The notes under the pieces were generated by a model that did no database searches, had not been told where the DNA came from, and worked only from the letters and a program-made list of their open reading frames with translations. A stretch of DNA of 64,000 bases from a virus. The stretch lies in IMG/VR virus record IMGVR_UViG_3300021185_002756, positions 34,238-98,237 of that record; one strand, given 5' to 3'. Shown one piece after another: positions 16,419 through 26,367 of the stretch. Position 1 is the stretch's first letter. Every line of letters starts with the position of its first letter. Both the position numbers and the translations under genes were made by a program.

Positions 16419-16649
16419 ATGAAAACGTTTTTAATAGTATTAGTAATGATGGCAACTGCCGACCTTGGTGAAGACTTGTATATTATACAAGAGCCAAAGT
16501 TTATGCAACCCAACCAGTGTGTACAGTTTGTACGTGCTAATAATACCAGTTTGATTGCAAAAGCTCAGAGTGAATACCCTGGTAGAGCCGTTGCTGACAT
16601 ATACTGTGTGCCCGAAAAACGTTTAGGACTCTTTCTCAAACAAGCATAA
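16419..16649 (+). CDS. Small secreted protein with Cys pair
   Basis: Signal-like N-terminus; C...YCVP. Confidence 0.7.
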   Translation: MKTFLIVLVMMATADLGEDLYIIQEPKFMQPNQCVQFVRANNTSLIAKAQSEYPGRAVADIYCVPEKRLGLFLKQA

Positions 16650-16692
16650 AAAAGGTGTAGAAAACAATCGTCAGAAAAGTTTGTCTACACCT
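16648..16692 (-). terminator. Intrinsic terminator
   Basis: AGGTGTAGA.../...TCTACACCT stem with T-run on the minus strand, between convergent genes. Confidence 0.6.
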
Positions 16693-16718
16693 AATGTGTG
16701 AGTAGCTATATTATATTG

Positions 16719-16952
16719 TTATTTTGATTTGTATATATGATATAGTACCCATATAGCAACAAGGCCTACTAGTCCTTGTGCTGAAAAGCCTGCTATAATG
16801 TTTTGTACATTTGCAATGATTGCAATATCAGGCCAGAATGGAACACCTTTTCCGTTCACAAGAACTTCAAGTACAATGCCTAATGCGAGGAGCGAAACTG
16901 CTACCTCCGTTAGTGCATTTGCCCATCCTTTTATTTTTGCTAAGATATCCAT
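16719..16952 (-). CDS. Small two-TM membrane protein
   Basis: GGAGG RBS; CTAAATA late box at 16994-17000; hydrophobic. Confidence 0.8.
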   Translation of the reverse strand: MDILAKIKGWANALTEVAVSLLALGIVLEVLVNGKGVPFWPDIAIIANVQNIIAGFSAQGLVGLVAIWVLYHIYKSK

Positions 16953-17071
16953 GATACCTCCTTTTCTACTGACTGTTGTTTAAGCCAGTATAGTATTTAG
17001 GCACCGGTTCTATTATGTTATAATAGCTGTTATCTACAATAAATACAGTCATAAGAAACTAGGACCATGAC

Positions 17072-18109
17072 ATGTTAATAAAAGAAATTTTACGTGAAGA
17101 TGCTGACTTTGAAAGTATGAAATCTGTTATTGCGGCAAAGATAAAAGAACTTCCTGCAGATAATGCAACACAGAAAGCCCTTGCTGAGATTGAGGATCTA
17201 CTCAAGTATGTCAATGCAGGCGGACGTATCGGTATTATCAATGGTGAGCTTAAATCAATCAATGATCCAACAGTAGATGCAGCACAAAAACAATTAGCAC
17301 GATATTTAATGAGTATGGAAATGACACCAGCTCAAAGAGACGGATTATTTAATGCTTGGAGAGAAGATAAGATTGTAGATCGCGGTCGGTTACTTGACAC
17401 CAGTAAACCTGCTACATTTGCTGATATTTTTAGAGGGTACAATACTAATCCTGCAATTAAAGAACTAGTCGATGATGTTATGCGGATTGACGCATTAGGA
17501 CAAGGTAAAGGCGAGTTTGGCCTAAGTGTGCTTAGTAAATCAATCAATAAGCAACAAGGCAAAGGGGACTTAGACATTGACGGAAGAGATATCGAAGTCA
17601 AAACAACCGACGGAGGTGCAGGTAGATTTACCGATCAAGATGTACGTCCAGGTCCTGGATTTGAAGCAGCCGCAAACGACCTAACACAGTACACCTTAGA
17701 CTTAGGTTGGAAAATACCTCAGAGTGGTATAAACATAAACAGCTTAGTTAAGATATATAACGAAGCTGAAGATAAGCAAACTTTTATCAATAAAGTTGAA
17801 AAGGTGATTAGCTTAATCTTTAATGGATTAGATGTGAAACCAATAATCAGTGCCTTGGTAAGTGGTGACGTTGGCAAAGCAAAACAAGAATATTCTAAGG
17901 CAAGTTTTAATTACTATATGTCAAAGAAAAAAGATGAAGGTGTATTATATATTGATTTGCCAAAAAATAAAACGGTATATTTCAAGGATGCTGATGAACT
18001 CATTAAAACTGGTATGAGACTAGCCGCTGACACTGTTTATATAACTTCCGTAAAAGATATTCGATTACCATATCCTCAAATATCAGTTGTGCCAACGACA
18101 AGAAGTTGA
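17072..18109 (+). CDS. Putative virion-packaged protein with PD-(D/E)xK nuclease-like motif
   Basis: GKGEFGL...GKGDLDIDGRDIEVKT; N-terminal MLIKEILRE; ATAAATA late box at 17039. Confidence 0.55.
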   Translation: MLIKEILREDADFESMKSVIAAKIKELPADNATQKALAEIEDLLKYVNAGGRIGIINGELKSINDPTVDAAQKQLARYLMSMEMTPAQRDGLFNAWREDKIVDRGRLLDTSKPATFADIFRGYNTNPAIKELVDDVMRIDALGQGKGEFGLSVLSKSINKQQGKGDLDIDGRDIEVKTTDGGAGRFTDQDVRPGPGFEAAANDLTQYTLDLGWKIPQSGININSLVKIYNEAEDKQTFINKVEKVISLIFNGLDVKPIISALVSGDVGKAKQEYSKASFNYYMSKKKDEGVLYIDLPKNKTVYFKDADELIKTGMRLAADTVYITSVKDIRLPYPQISVVPTTRS

Positions 18110-18159
18110 TAGCCGACCCTTCTATCATTTAAGTATGTAAGGGCCGACTCTAGGGGATT

Positions 18160-18924
18160 CTATCTACACTGATTAATATTCACAACATGTATTCTAGCAT
18201 TGTGTATATTATGTGCATCAGCTCTTGTAATTTCTAGTTCTATATGACTTTGTATCTCTAACCAGCCATTGATAATTGTGCCGTTGCCATTTGGTTGTAC
18301 CATTTTATTTTTAGCCATTCTTGAACCCTGTGTAAGTCCGCTTAGTTCTGGCAAGTCAAAGCAACCTAGGCTTCTATTTCCAACGACGACTTGCAGTTGT
18401 GGTCCTGCTCTGTACAAGCCTCTCATTAGTTTATTTGAACTGGTCATATCAAGTTGAACGTCGTAGCCAGGTGTGGTCCAATGTTTTGTGTTTATAAACT
18501 TTGCAAAGCCTTTACCACCTGGATTACTACTGGCAGCCACTGCATTGTATAGTTCGCTTATGTACTGTTGGTTCCAACGTACCACAAACTGTATATTCAT
18601 ATACGTGCGTCTGTTTCTGTTTGGGAAAGTTGGTCTAGCAATAGTTACGTTAAATGCTCTATGCGGAAACCCATTGATTACATTATCAAGCCTGGCATCA
18701 TTCTGTTTATGATCATAAAACTTTGGAGTCTTATTTACTGGAGCAACATATGGCTTTTCTTTTAAAAGGTTTAAAACACCCATTACAATGGTTGTTTCTG
18801 TGAAAATTTGATTATAGTCTATCTTTGGAGCCTGTGTAAAAATATCATTTGCTAAAGCTCTGTTGGTTGTACCACAACTTATTAAGGCAGTTGCTACGCC
18901 TAGAATGGCTAATTTTTTAAACAT
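18160..18924 (-). CDS. Exported protein / possible lipoprotein
   Basis: MFKKLAILGVATALISC signal with lipobox-like Cys. Confidence 0.65.
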   Translation of the reverse strand: MFKKLAILGVATALISCGTTNRALANDIFTQAPKIDYNQIFTETTIVMGVLNLLKEKPYVAPVNKTPKFYDHKQNDARLDNVINGFPHRAFNVTIARPTFPNRNRRTYMNIQFVVRWNQQYISELYNAVAASSNPGGKGFAKFINTKHWTTPGYDVQLDMTSSNKLMRGLYRAGPQLQVVVGNRSLGCFDLPELSGLTQGSRMAKNKMVQPNGNGTIINGWLEIQSHIELEITRADAHNIHNARIHVVNINQCR

Positions 18925-19096
18925 AATTTGCACTCCAAGTCCAATCACTCATATAAACACCTACTGCAATACATACAAATATCAATGCTATTACAATCAC
19001 ACTCAACTTAAATACTGCACTTAGTATTGCTGGAAAAAACTTTACCAACACATATGCTATTGCAATAAAACCAATTACCTGTAGTACGATATCCAT
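18917..19096 (-). CDS. 59-aa two-TM early membrane protein (not in ORF track)
   Basis: MDIVLQVIGFIAIAYVLVKFFP...; directly behind promoter cassette. Confidence 0.7.
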   Translation of the reverse strand: MDIVLQVIGFIAIAYVLVKFFPAILSAVFKLSVIVIALIFVCIAVGVYMSDWTWSANYV

Positions 19097-19102
19097 TTAT
19101 TA

Positions 19103-19163
19103 CCCCTTGTTTCTAACTATACATATATAATAACACAGAATAGTATTAAGTCAACCTTTTTAT
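19103..19163 (-). promoter_or_regulatory. Early promoter+RBS cassette (diverged)
   Basis: AAAAAGGTTGACT-N16-TATTAT...AGTTAGAAACAAGGGG. Confidence 0.8.
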
Positions 19164-19208
19164 AAGTTTAGGAACAAATAAATACACTGTCAACACAAAG
19201 GAGCGAAA

Positions 19209-19721
19209 ATGGCACATTTTGAATCGTTAATGAAAGCACAGTTTAATCCACCGAGGAATTGGACACTATTAGAAGATCTAAAGTTTCATAGTGATCTACT
19301 CACCGACGACCAAGCAGAAATGCTGAGACACTGTGGAGTAAAGGTACGAAATCATAACAAAACTGATGCTTATGTTATTACTATACCAGTTGAGTATGTA
19401 ACTGATATGGCTAGTGTTCCAAGAGCTATCTGGGCATTTATTGCACCTTTTGACGTTGCAAGACCAGCAGTAGTACATGATATCATGTATGAAAAAATAA
19501 ACACACAGTATAAGGCAGTAAATGAGTCAGCAGCCGCTGAAGAAGGACCTGCAACGAAAAAAGAAAGAGAAGCATATAGAAAGATTGCTGATGCAATCTT
19601 CTTAGAAGGCATGCATGTAACAGAACCAGCAGTTGCAGGATGGAAGAAGTATGCTTGTTATTATGCAGTGAGAGTGTTTGGAAGATTTGCAATCAATTCC
19701 AGTGCTAAAAGAATCGTCTAA
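19209..19721 (+). CDS. DUF1353 family protein
   Basis: IP..YVTDMASVPR..W......AVVHD..Y...AD.IFLE......YYAVRVFG. Confidence 0.88.
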   Translation: MAHFESLMKAQFNPPRNWTLLEDLKFHSDLLTDDQAEMLRHCGVKVRNHNKTDAYVITIPVEYVTDMASVPRAIWAFIAPFDVARPAVVHDIMYEKINTQYKAVNESAAAEEGPATKKEREAYRKIADAIFLEGMHVTEPAVAGWKKYACYYAVRVFGRFAINSSAKRIV

Positions 19722-20467
19722 AACTGATTGGTGTGTATCACCATACTACGTTTGGTTTTAAGATTACGTGCTAGGAAATTGTCTGCACAGTGCAGTTGAT
19801 TGGCATCCCATATTACTGTACTACCCGGTTTCCATTTATAAATTTTATCAATCTCTAAACCTTCTATATTTTCATACGGTATATGGCTAAGATATTCACG
19901 CCATGTTTCTTTATCAATACTATATCCCTCAATGCATCCTTCTACGTTTGGATGATCAATTGGTCGTAACCACTTCTGCTTATGATTTCCTAGTTTACTT
20001 TTTTCTTGAAATTTTTTTCCAAATGATCGAAGATAGTTCCTTTGTTTAAACGTAAGACTATAAGTGGTAGCCCATTCGCCTGTTTCATCAATTACATCCA
20101 ATGGTATCAGGATAACTTTATGTGGTATTTTATCTGCATACCATCTAAGATCAGCATGTATGTTCCAAGGAATGATTGCTTCTTGCCATGCAAAAAAGTC
20201 CAACTGATAATTTCCTATATAGTCTTGCAACTTTGTATGTAATAGTTCTTTTATTCGAGGACCATGCGGTTCGTGTTCGTAGGCACTGCCAGAATACTTG
20301 CTAATTTTACCATGTTCAGGATATTCGATGGTGTCAATCATACTTCTAAGTTCAACAAGCTCATCTTGAGAGATAAAATCTTCTACTACAATTGTTGGTG
20401 AATTTGTTGATTGCATTTTTGCAATTTGTTCAACAGTGTATGCATTTTTTTCGTAATAGTGTGACAT
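19718..20467 (-). CDS. 2OG-Fe(II) oxygenase-like protein
   Basis: IHAD...VILIPL...WKPGS...WDANQLHC...K. Confidence 0.6.
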   Translation of the reverse strand: MSHYYEKNAYTVEQIAKMQSTNSPTIVVEDFISQDELVELRSMIDTIEYPEHGKISKYSGSAYEHEPHGPRIKELLHTKLQDYIGNYQLDFFAWQEAIIPWNIHADLRWYADKIPHKVILIPLDVIDETGEWATTYSLTFKQRNYLRSFGKKFQEKSKLGNHKQKWLRPIDHPNVEGCIEGYSIDKETWREYLSHIPYENIEGLEIDKIYKWKPGSTVIWDANQLHCADNFLARNLKTKRSMVIHTNQF

Positions 20468-20468
20468 T

Positions 20469-20663
20469 CTAGTTTTTAACTAAACCTGCCTTTAATGCTT
20501 TTTTAGCCATTCTATAACTAAGTCTAGCAGTGTTACGTCTTTCACTTCTATACTCTTGGCTTGGTCTTCCGCCGTTGATAGTCCCTTCAGGCTTGTACCT
20601 GTGCATGAAGTCGCTTACGCAGTTGAATCTTCCTTGCCAAATATGTCCGTTTCCTTGATACAT
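20469..20663 (-). CDS. Small basic hypothetical protein
   Basis: AGGAG RBS; 64 aa. Confidence 0.65.
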   Translation of the reverse strand: MYQGNGHIWQGRFNCVSDFMHRYKPEGTINGGRPSQEYRSERRNTARLSYRMAKKALKAGLVKN

Positions 20664-20671
20664 GTCGTCTC

Positions 20672-20791
20672 CTATTTAAAATAATATGCTAATGGTAGTG
20701 CTATTGCAAAAAATGCAAACAAGTGCCATAACTTTACAGTTGGATACACTACTTTGTCTTTTGGTGGTTCGTTAAAAAAATCTTTATCCAT
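20672..20791 (-). CDS. 39-aa TM micro-protein (not in ORF track)
   Basis: MDKDFFNEPPKDKVVYPTVKLWHLFAFFAIALPLAYYFK fills the gap between genes. Confidence 0.55.
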   Translation of the reverse strand: MDKDFFNEPPKDKVVYPTVKLWHLFAFFAIALPLAYYFK

Positions 20792-20975
20792 TGTTACAAT
20801 TCCTACAATAGCATGGTTTAACTAATAGGTGGACCGCACCCATTGCTATCCACATGTAGGTCATTTCGCTAAGTCCTAAAAACTTAGCACCGTGACTCAT
20901 ATCATGCATTAGATCATGTGCTAAAAAGAATGCACCTAATGCAAAAAATATAAAACTTCCTATATATCTACGCAT
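20784..20975 (-). CDS. Small membrane protein
   Basis: Two hydrophobic segments; His/Met-rich loop; C-terminal CxCxxC. Confidence 0.65.
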   Translation of the reverse strand: MRRYIGSFIFFALGAFFLAHDLMHDMSHGAKFLGLSEMTYMWIAMGAVHLLVKPCYCRNCNNG

Positions 20976-20980
20976 GTTTC

Positions 20981-22120
20981 TTATCCTAATAAATTACATA
21001 TTTTATGTGCTATTTTCTTAAAATCTTCTTCTACTAATCCACGTGTGGTTTCAGCGGCAGTTCCAATTCTAATACCACTTGTTTCTACAAAGTTTCTTGG
21101 GTCATTTGGCACTCCGTTTTTGTTTACAGTAATTTTATTTTCTTCTAATATGTCTGCAGCCTGCCTGCCACTGTATTTACTGGCACTCAGATCCATCAGT
21201 ATAATATGACTGTCAGTGCCTCCGGTTTGTACAGGAAAGCCTTTTTGTTCAAATACTGAACACATTGCTTGAGCATTTTTTACAACTTGATCTGCATACT
21301 GTTCGAAACTAGGAAGTAGTGCTTCTGTATAACATTGTGCTTTTGCGGCAATGATATTCATCAATGGACCACCTTGTGTACCAGGAAAAATACTGCTATT
21401 AATTTTACGTGTGTAATCTGGATTGTTCCACAGTATCATACCGCCTCTAGGACCTCGTAGTGTTTTGTGTGTTGTACTTGTCACTACATCTGCATAAGGC
21501 AAAGGTGAATCATATGCACAACCTGCTATCAATCCACTGTAGTGTGCCATATCTACTACAAGAAATGCTCCTACACTATCAGCAATTCGTCTAAATGCAC
21601 TCCAGTCTATTTGTCTTGGATAGGCACTAGCACCAGCAACAATCACTTTGGGCCGGTTTAATTTTGCTAAACCTTCTATACGATTATAGTCTAACAGTCC
21701 ACGTTCATCTACACCATATGTTACTGCGTTGTAAACTTTACCACTTAGTGTAGGAGGTGCTCCATGTGATAAATGACCACCACTGGCTAGATCCATACCC
21801 ATTAACACATCACCTGGTTTCATAAATGCTTGATAAACTGCCGTGTTTGCATTTACTCCTGAGTGGGGCTGGACGTTTGCAAAACCACAGTTGTACAACT
21901 CACATAGTTTGTCAATTGCCAGTTGCTCAATTAGATCCATGTTTTCACAACCGTTGTAGTAACGTTTACCCGGATAGCCTTCTGCATACTTGTTGGTAAA
22001 CACACTGCCACAAAGTTTCATAACTGCTTCACTTGCAAAGTTCTCACTGGCTATTAACTCTACTGTATCTAACTGTCTACCGTGTTCTTTGGTTAAAATA
22101 TATTGTATTTCTTCGTTCAT
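20981..22120 (-). CDS. glyA: Serine hydroxymethyltransferase
   Basis: ELIASEN, NKYAEGYPGKRYY, GGHLSHG, TSTTHKTLRGPRGG (PLP Lys), FPGTQGGP, SGIRIGT. Confidence 0.98.
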   Translation of the reverse strand: MNEEIQYILTKEHGRQLDTVELIASENFASEAVMKLCGSVFTNKYAEGYPGKRYYNGCENMDLIEQLAIDKLCELYNCGFANVQPHSGVNANTAVYQAFMKPGDVLMGMDLASGGHLSHGAPPTLSGKVYNAVTYGVDERGLLDYNRIEGLAKLNRPKVIVAGASAYPRQIDWSAFRRIADSVGAFLVVDMAHYSGLIAGCAYDSPLPYADVVTSTTHKTLRGPRGGMILWNNPDYTRKINSSIFPGTQGGPLMNIIAAKAQCYTEALLPSFEQYADQVVKNAQAMCSVFEQKGFPVQTGGTDSHIILMDLSASKYSGRQAADILEENKITVNKNGVPNDPRNFVETSGIRIGTAAETTRGLVEEDFKKIAHKICNLLG

Positions 22121-22122
22121 TT

Positions 22123-23139
22123 TTATTCCACATAGTTGTTGTAAAATTCATGACTGGCAAGATTCTTGCACTTGCTCTCACATTGTATATCCCACTGTTC
22201 GCTGAATCTAGCGGCCCACTCGTTTACTGCATGGTTCCAGTAGAAGTCACTGTGAGCACGTAGTTTTTGTTTCTTGTAGCCTTGTTCAAGCAGTGAGTTC
22301 ATATCAGGACGCACATGAGGGTCATGGTCTACTAGTATGTCTTCACGCGAAACTGAATAATGCAATGCAGGTCGAACACCACGCCACGAATCAATTATGC
22401 GAGAACATCTATCGTCGGTCGGTTCAATGTATTCACCTGAATTAACCCAGTGGTGGTGTATATCGAGAACGAGTGCAACATCTTTGGCAAGTTCGAGGCT
22501 TGCGTCAAGACCCCATTTGTTCTCGTCGTTTTCAATTGTAATAGTATTTCTCGCCTCCGGAGAAAGTCTTCCGAGCACTGCTTTGATACCGGCAGGACCT
22601 TGTCTACCGGATATATGGACGTTGCACTTAAAGTCCTGGAATTGGCGGCCGAAGCCCATCCATCGGATAATGTCAACATGATATTCAAACTCCTCTATAC
22701 TACGTTCTACAATGTCTGGATTGTCACTGGCAAGGACTGTAAACTGTCCTGGATGAAAACTAAGACGTACACCTAGTTGCCTTGCCAGTTCACCTACCTT
22801 TGCATAACCTTGTGCTAGTTTTTCACGTATATCTGGTTGTTGCCAAAAGTAACGCCAATCAGGTTGTGTGTACATAGGCAATTGATTGCTGCCTAACCGA
22901 CACATACGCAAGCCAGGCTTGAGGTTACCTACATATTCAACAAGATTGTATGCACTTTGCATGTTGTGTTGCATAATGTCATACAGTCTTTGTTCTGCTT
23001 CGTTAACAGTTTGTCTATTAAGCCATGCGACTGTTGTACACTTTTCTGTAAGCGGACGTTGTATTTCTTCTAGTAGTTTAGGTTTTTGCGTTTGATCTGG
23101 ATGTAGATACTTGCAACAAAAGCCGACACGTGCAGTCAT
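22123..23139 (-). CDS. uvsE: UV DNA damage endonuclease
   Basis: RVGFCC, RLSFHPGQFTVLAS, NVHISG, TIENDE, LDIHHHW, RAHSDF. Confidence 0.95.
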   Translation of the reverse strand: MTARVGFCCKYLHPDQTQKPKLLEEIQRPLTEKCTTVAWLNRQTVNEAEQRLYDIMQHNMQSAYNLVEYVGNLKPGLRMCRLGSNQLPMYTQPDWRYFWQQPDIREKLAQGYAKVGELARQLGVRLSFHPGQFTVLASDNPDIVERSIEEFEYHVDIIRWMGFGRQFQDFKCNVHISGRQGPAGIKAVLGRLSPEARNTITIENDENKWGLDASLELAKDVALVLDIHHHWVNSGEYIEPTDDRCSRIIDSWRGVRPALHYSVSREDILVDHDPHVRPDMNSLLEQGYKKQKLRAHSDFYWNHAVNEWAARFSEQWDIQCESKCKNLASHEFYNNYVE

Positions 23140-23152
23140 ATATATCTCCTAA

Positions 23153-23698
23153 TTACGTAAGTAATTGTAACACATTTTCGTAACTATCGCAAGAGATATT
23201 TTCTAAATTTTCAAAACTTTTGTCTAATTCATTAGGATGATCAATAAAAACAAACTGTGTGTTTGGATTGTTTTTTACTACGCCACGTATGGCAGCAAGA
23301 TAACTTTTTGCAAGAAACTTTGCTTTAGGTTCTGTTTCAGTTACTTCCTGTAAATCAAAACCCATGCATAATACTAGTTCACTATGACTGCATAGATGCA
23401 TACTAATAACGTCTTCTTGCTTAGAAAAATCATCTGGAAAGTCACCATCAAATACTTTAACACCTGCCGGACGATTGAGAAGTGCATATGACTGTTGAGG
23501 GATATAAAAATTACACACACTGTGAAATGCACGTTTAATTAAATCCTGTGCTTTGACATTGTCAGCACACAGTACATTATCTGTACTCCAACTACGCCAT
23601 GTCTTCCATGAACCCCAAGTTGTGCCTATGTCTTTGATTGTTTCTGACTTGACTATAGGATCAACATAGTCTTCACTTAATACCCATGCTACTTCCAT
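23153..23698 (-). CDS. Hypothetical protein
   Basis: LCMGFD motif; TAATG coupling at MEVAW. Confidence 0.7.
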   Translation of the reverse strand: MEVAWVLSEDYVDPIVKSETIKDIGTTWGSWKTWRSWSTDNVLCADNVKAQDLIKRAFHSVCNFYIPQQSYALLNRPAGVKVFDGDFPDDFSKQEDVISMHLCSHSELVLCMGFDLQEVTETEPKAKFLAKSYLAAIRGVVKNNPNTQFVFIDHPNELDKSFENLENISCDSYENVLQLLT

Positions 23699-24929
23699 TA
23701 TGCTGACTTTAGTTCTTGCCAACGATAATCACCCAGACATATCCATGCAAATGCTTCGCCTGGTTTAAAATTGTAGTTGAATACTACGTCGCCTTTTGCT
23801 CCGCTCCAACCTGGTGTGCCACTATGAGTGCTTATTCTATTTCTGCCAACACGTAATTTGCCTACACTGACCAAACCGTCTTTATCTATTGTAAGTTGCT
23901 CTTGGTTGTTAGTTATAAAACTAAGATCATGTGCTTTACTAGTTCCAATTTGTGCAGTATTTTGACTTCGCCTTCCGATGTCAATTTCAATTTCACTATC
24001 CCAGATACTTAAAGCACTGCGAGGTGCAGTTGTGTTGATTCCTACACGTTTGTTATCAACTTTAAGTTCTGAGCCGACTGTAAGGCTCTTAAGTGTGCCT
24101 AGTTCTTGTATACCTGTTTTTGTAATTGCACTGCTTAGTTTATTGTCATCAACTAAACTTTCACCACGTACCAATATATTTTTTACATTTAGTCCGTCTT
24201 GTATTTGTTCTCTAATTGTATTTGAAGTCTCATCTATAAATTCAGTTTTCAGTTTATCTATAGCATTCTTTTCAATAGTGTCACTTAGTTCCTTAAAACT
24301 AGGATTGCTTAAACTTATACGTCCTTTCACTGCAAGATCACCATCTATAACCAAGGCTCCTCCGACATTAACATCACCGTCGGTGCTTAGTGTTTCACTT
24401 GCTAAATGTTTCTTTACAACCACTATTCCTTTTTCAATCACTAGTTCTCTATTAAGATCTTCGTGTATGAGGCTGGTATTTTCAAGCACGACTTCACGCA
24501 GGATTCCACGTACATTTTCTTCTTTAAGTCCTTTACGTATTCTGTCGCCAGTCTCACGTGCAATCTGTGTGTGAATTTTTTGTATCCAGTTTGGATCAAA
24601 TACCAATTGGTCAACTGTTTTGTTTACAAGACGTTCAATTGCTTGGTCAACTGCTTGAACCAAAAGAGTGTTGTCTACCATATGTTCAATGTTTGGAACA
24701 AATCCATCCGCAAACATTTTTCCAACACTGGAACTGACTGTTTCAACTAGATCAGGAACAGTACTAATATTGCTAAAACGTGCTACAATTCTATCTTGTA
24801 CAAATTTAGTAATCTTATTTTCTAGTTCAATTACCCATTCAGGATCGTTGATTGCTTGATCTACTTGTCTTTCAACTTGTAGTTTTACTTCTTTTTGTAC
24901 TAATTTTTCAACTGCATCTTCTTTAAGCA
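23698..24929 (-). CDS. Putative virion structural/fibre protein
   Basis: Helical N-half, then beta-rich fibre-like motifs (LGTLKSLTV, RVGINTTAP, GDVVFN...WIC); likely start MLKED. Confidence 0.6.
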
Positions 24930-25855
24930 TGTGGCCTACTTTCTCTCCAGGTATCAAGTGTTACGCAGTGATGTCCTCCACCAAGTGTACGTGAATGTCT
25001 TAGGGTGTGAGGTATAACTGTAAAACCTTTTTTCTCTAGTGTTTTACTTAGCTCTAATTGTGCCGTATCCATTATAACTGTGGTAGGATTAACAACCAGC
25101 ATGTTAAGTCCAATCCATTTACTTGCATATGGATATTGGTAAAACACACTGGCAACACAATCGTCGACCCAAATAATTTCCCAGTCCTTCATGCATGGTG
25201 GCAAGTAACGTTTGCTTTTTACTCTTGGTTTATTGCATATTGCAAGTCCTGGTCTAAGAGGAACTATTGTTGAATCAATGTGTACACCTGCGTAGAAGTT
25301 TACTTTTTCAATATTAATATTTGGATACTGCTCGCAAAGCCATTCATATGCCTGCTGATTTCCTGAATCTGATTCTAAATACACCCAGTCATTGCCCAGT
25401 CTACATATGTTAGCGGCGTCCAATACCATTCCTTGATGTAAAGGCATATCTTTTACAATATTGTCTTTGAGCATATCTCTGTAGCACAACTGTTCCATTT
25501 GCCTACATGGATACATCATTGCTGGGTTAAGTATTTCTCTACCTGCTATTAAAAATCTATCTCGAGGGCAATAGTTATACATGCCACCTAATCCTTGAAA
25601 GTTAAGTGCAGTACTTGGACGATTGACTTTGACATCTTGTTTTTCTAGTATTTCTGCTAATTTATCAAGATCTTCGTTCGCCTCTTCTATAATCCAATCT
25701 GGCACAGGTCCGCTAGGCACTGGTGTTTCTTTCCACAGTGTCTTTTCACTCTCGTTAGCAAACACAGGGTCTTCACTGGGCCAGTTCGCATGATCAGCAA
25801 CACCAACATAGCATTCTCGAAGTTGGTCCCACTCGTTGAAACTTCTTATTTTCAC
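24923..25855 (-). CDS. Amidinotransferase (glycine/inosamine-phosphate amidinotransferase family)
   Basis: SFNEWDQLRE, NYCPRD, LDAAN, HIDST, GGGHHCVTLD (Asp-His-Cys triad). Confidence 0.9.
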   Translation of the reverse strand: MKIRSFNEWDQLRECYVGVADHANWPSEDPVFANESEKTLWKETPVPSGPVPDWIIEEANEDLDKLAEILEKQDVKVNRPSTALNFQGLGGMYNYCPRDRFLIAGREILNPAMMYPCRQMEQLCYRDMLKDNIVKDMPLHQGMVLDAANICRLGNDWVYLESDSGNQQAYEWLCEQYPNINIEKVNFYAGVHIDSTIVPLRPGLAICNKPRVKSKRYLPPCMKDWEIIWVDDCVASVFYQYPYASKWIGLNMLVVNPTTVIMDTAQLELSKTLEKKGFTVIPHTLRHSRTLGGGHHCVTLDTWRESRPHA

Positions 25856-26367
25856 TCGATTACTCCGGTTATTTGTAGGGTATACCTAGGTGTTTTACCA
25901 ACGTTGGCAGCCAGATGTAGTGTATCATTTTTCCATACTATGTAATCACCAGCACGCCAGTTTGTGATCACAGTATTTTCACATTCACTTATGTGCCCGC
26001 TTTGCCAGTCTTCCATGTAGATGACTGCACGATGTATGTCACCATCCCATGAATACAACTCTCGAAATCTAGCATAGGTATCACCATGCATGGGCAATGT
26101 TGTCCCTGGATTCATACGATACACACTCCAACTAAAGAAACGCCAATCAAACACATTTCTTATTAGGTGCATCCATTCAGGTTCCTCCTGTCGCATATCG
26201 TACATATCGCCAGTAAATTTAGTTTGAGTATATCCTAGGTCCCGCCATTCTTTTAAACTGACTTTGTCATTGAATGGTTCGTTGATATACATTAGGTCTT
26301 TGTATGCATCTGCCCATACTGGATACGTATGTCCAGAGTACCAGTTACTGTGTTCTTGTGTTTCCAT
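25852..26367 (-). CDS. 2OG-Fe(II) oxygenase / cupin-fold protein
   Basis: PMHGDTY...EDWQSG...WRAGD...HLAANVG..PRYTLQITG. Confidence 0.75.
   Translation of the reverse strand: METQEHSNWYSGHTYPVWADAYKDLMYINEPFNDKVSLKEWRDLGYTQTKFTGDMYDMRQEEPEWMHLIRNVFDWRFFSWSVYRMNPGTTLPMHGDTYARFRELYSWDGDIHRAVIYMEDWQSGHISECENTVITNWRAGDYIVWKNDTLHLAANVGKTPRYTLQITGVIE

Noticed and set aside
18112-18148. GC hairpin between convergent genes as an ncRNA
   Set aside because: Most simply a terminator or 3'-stabilising stem; no further structure
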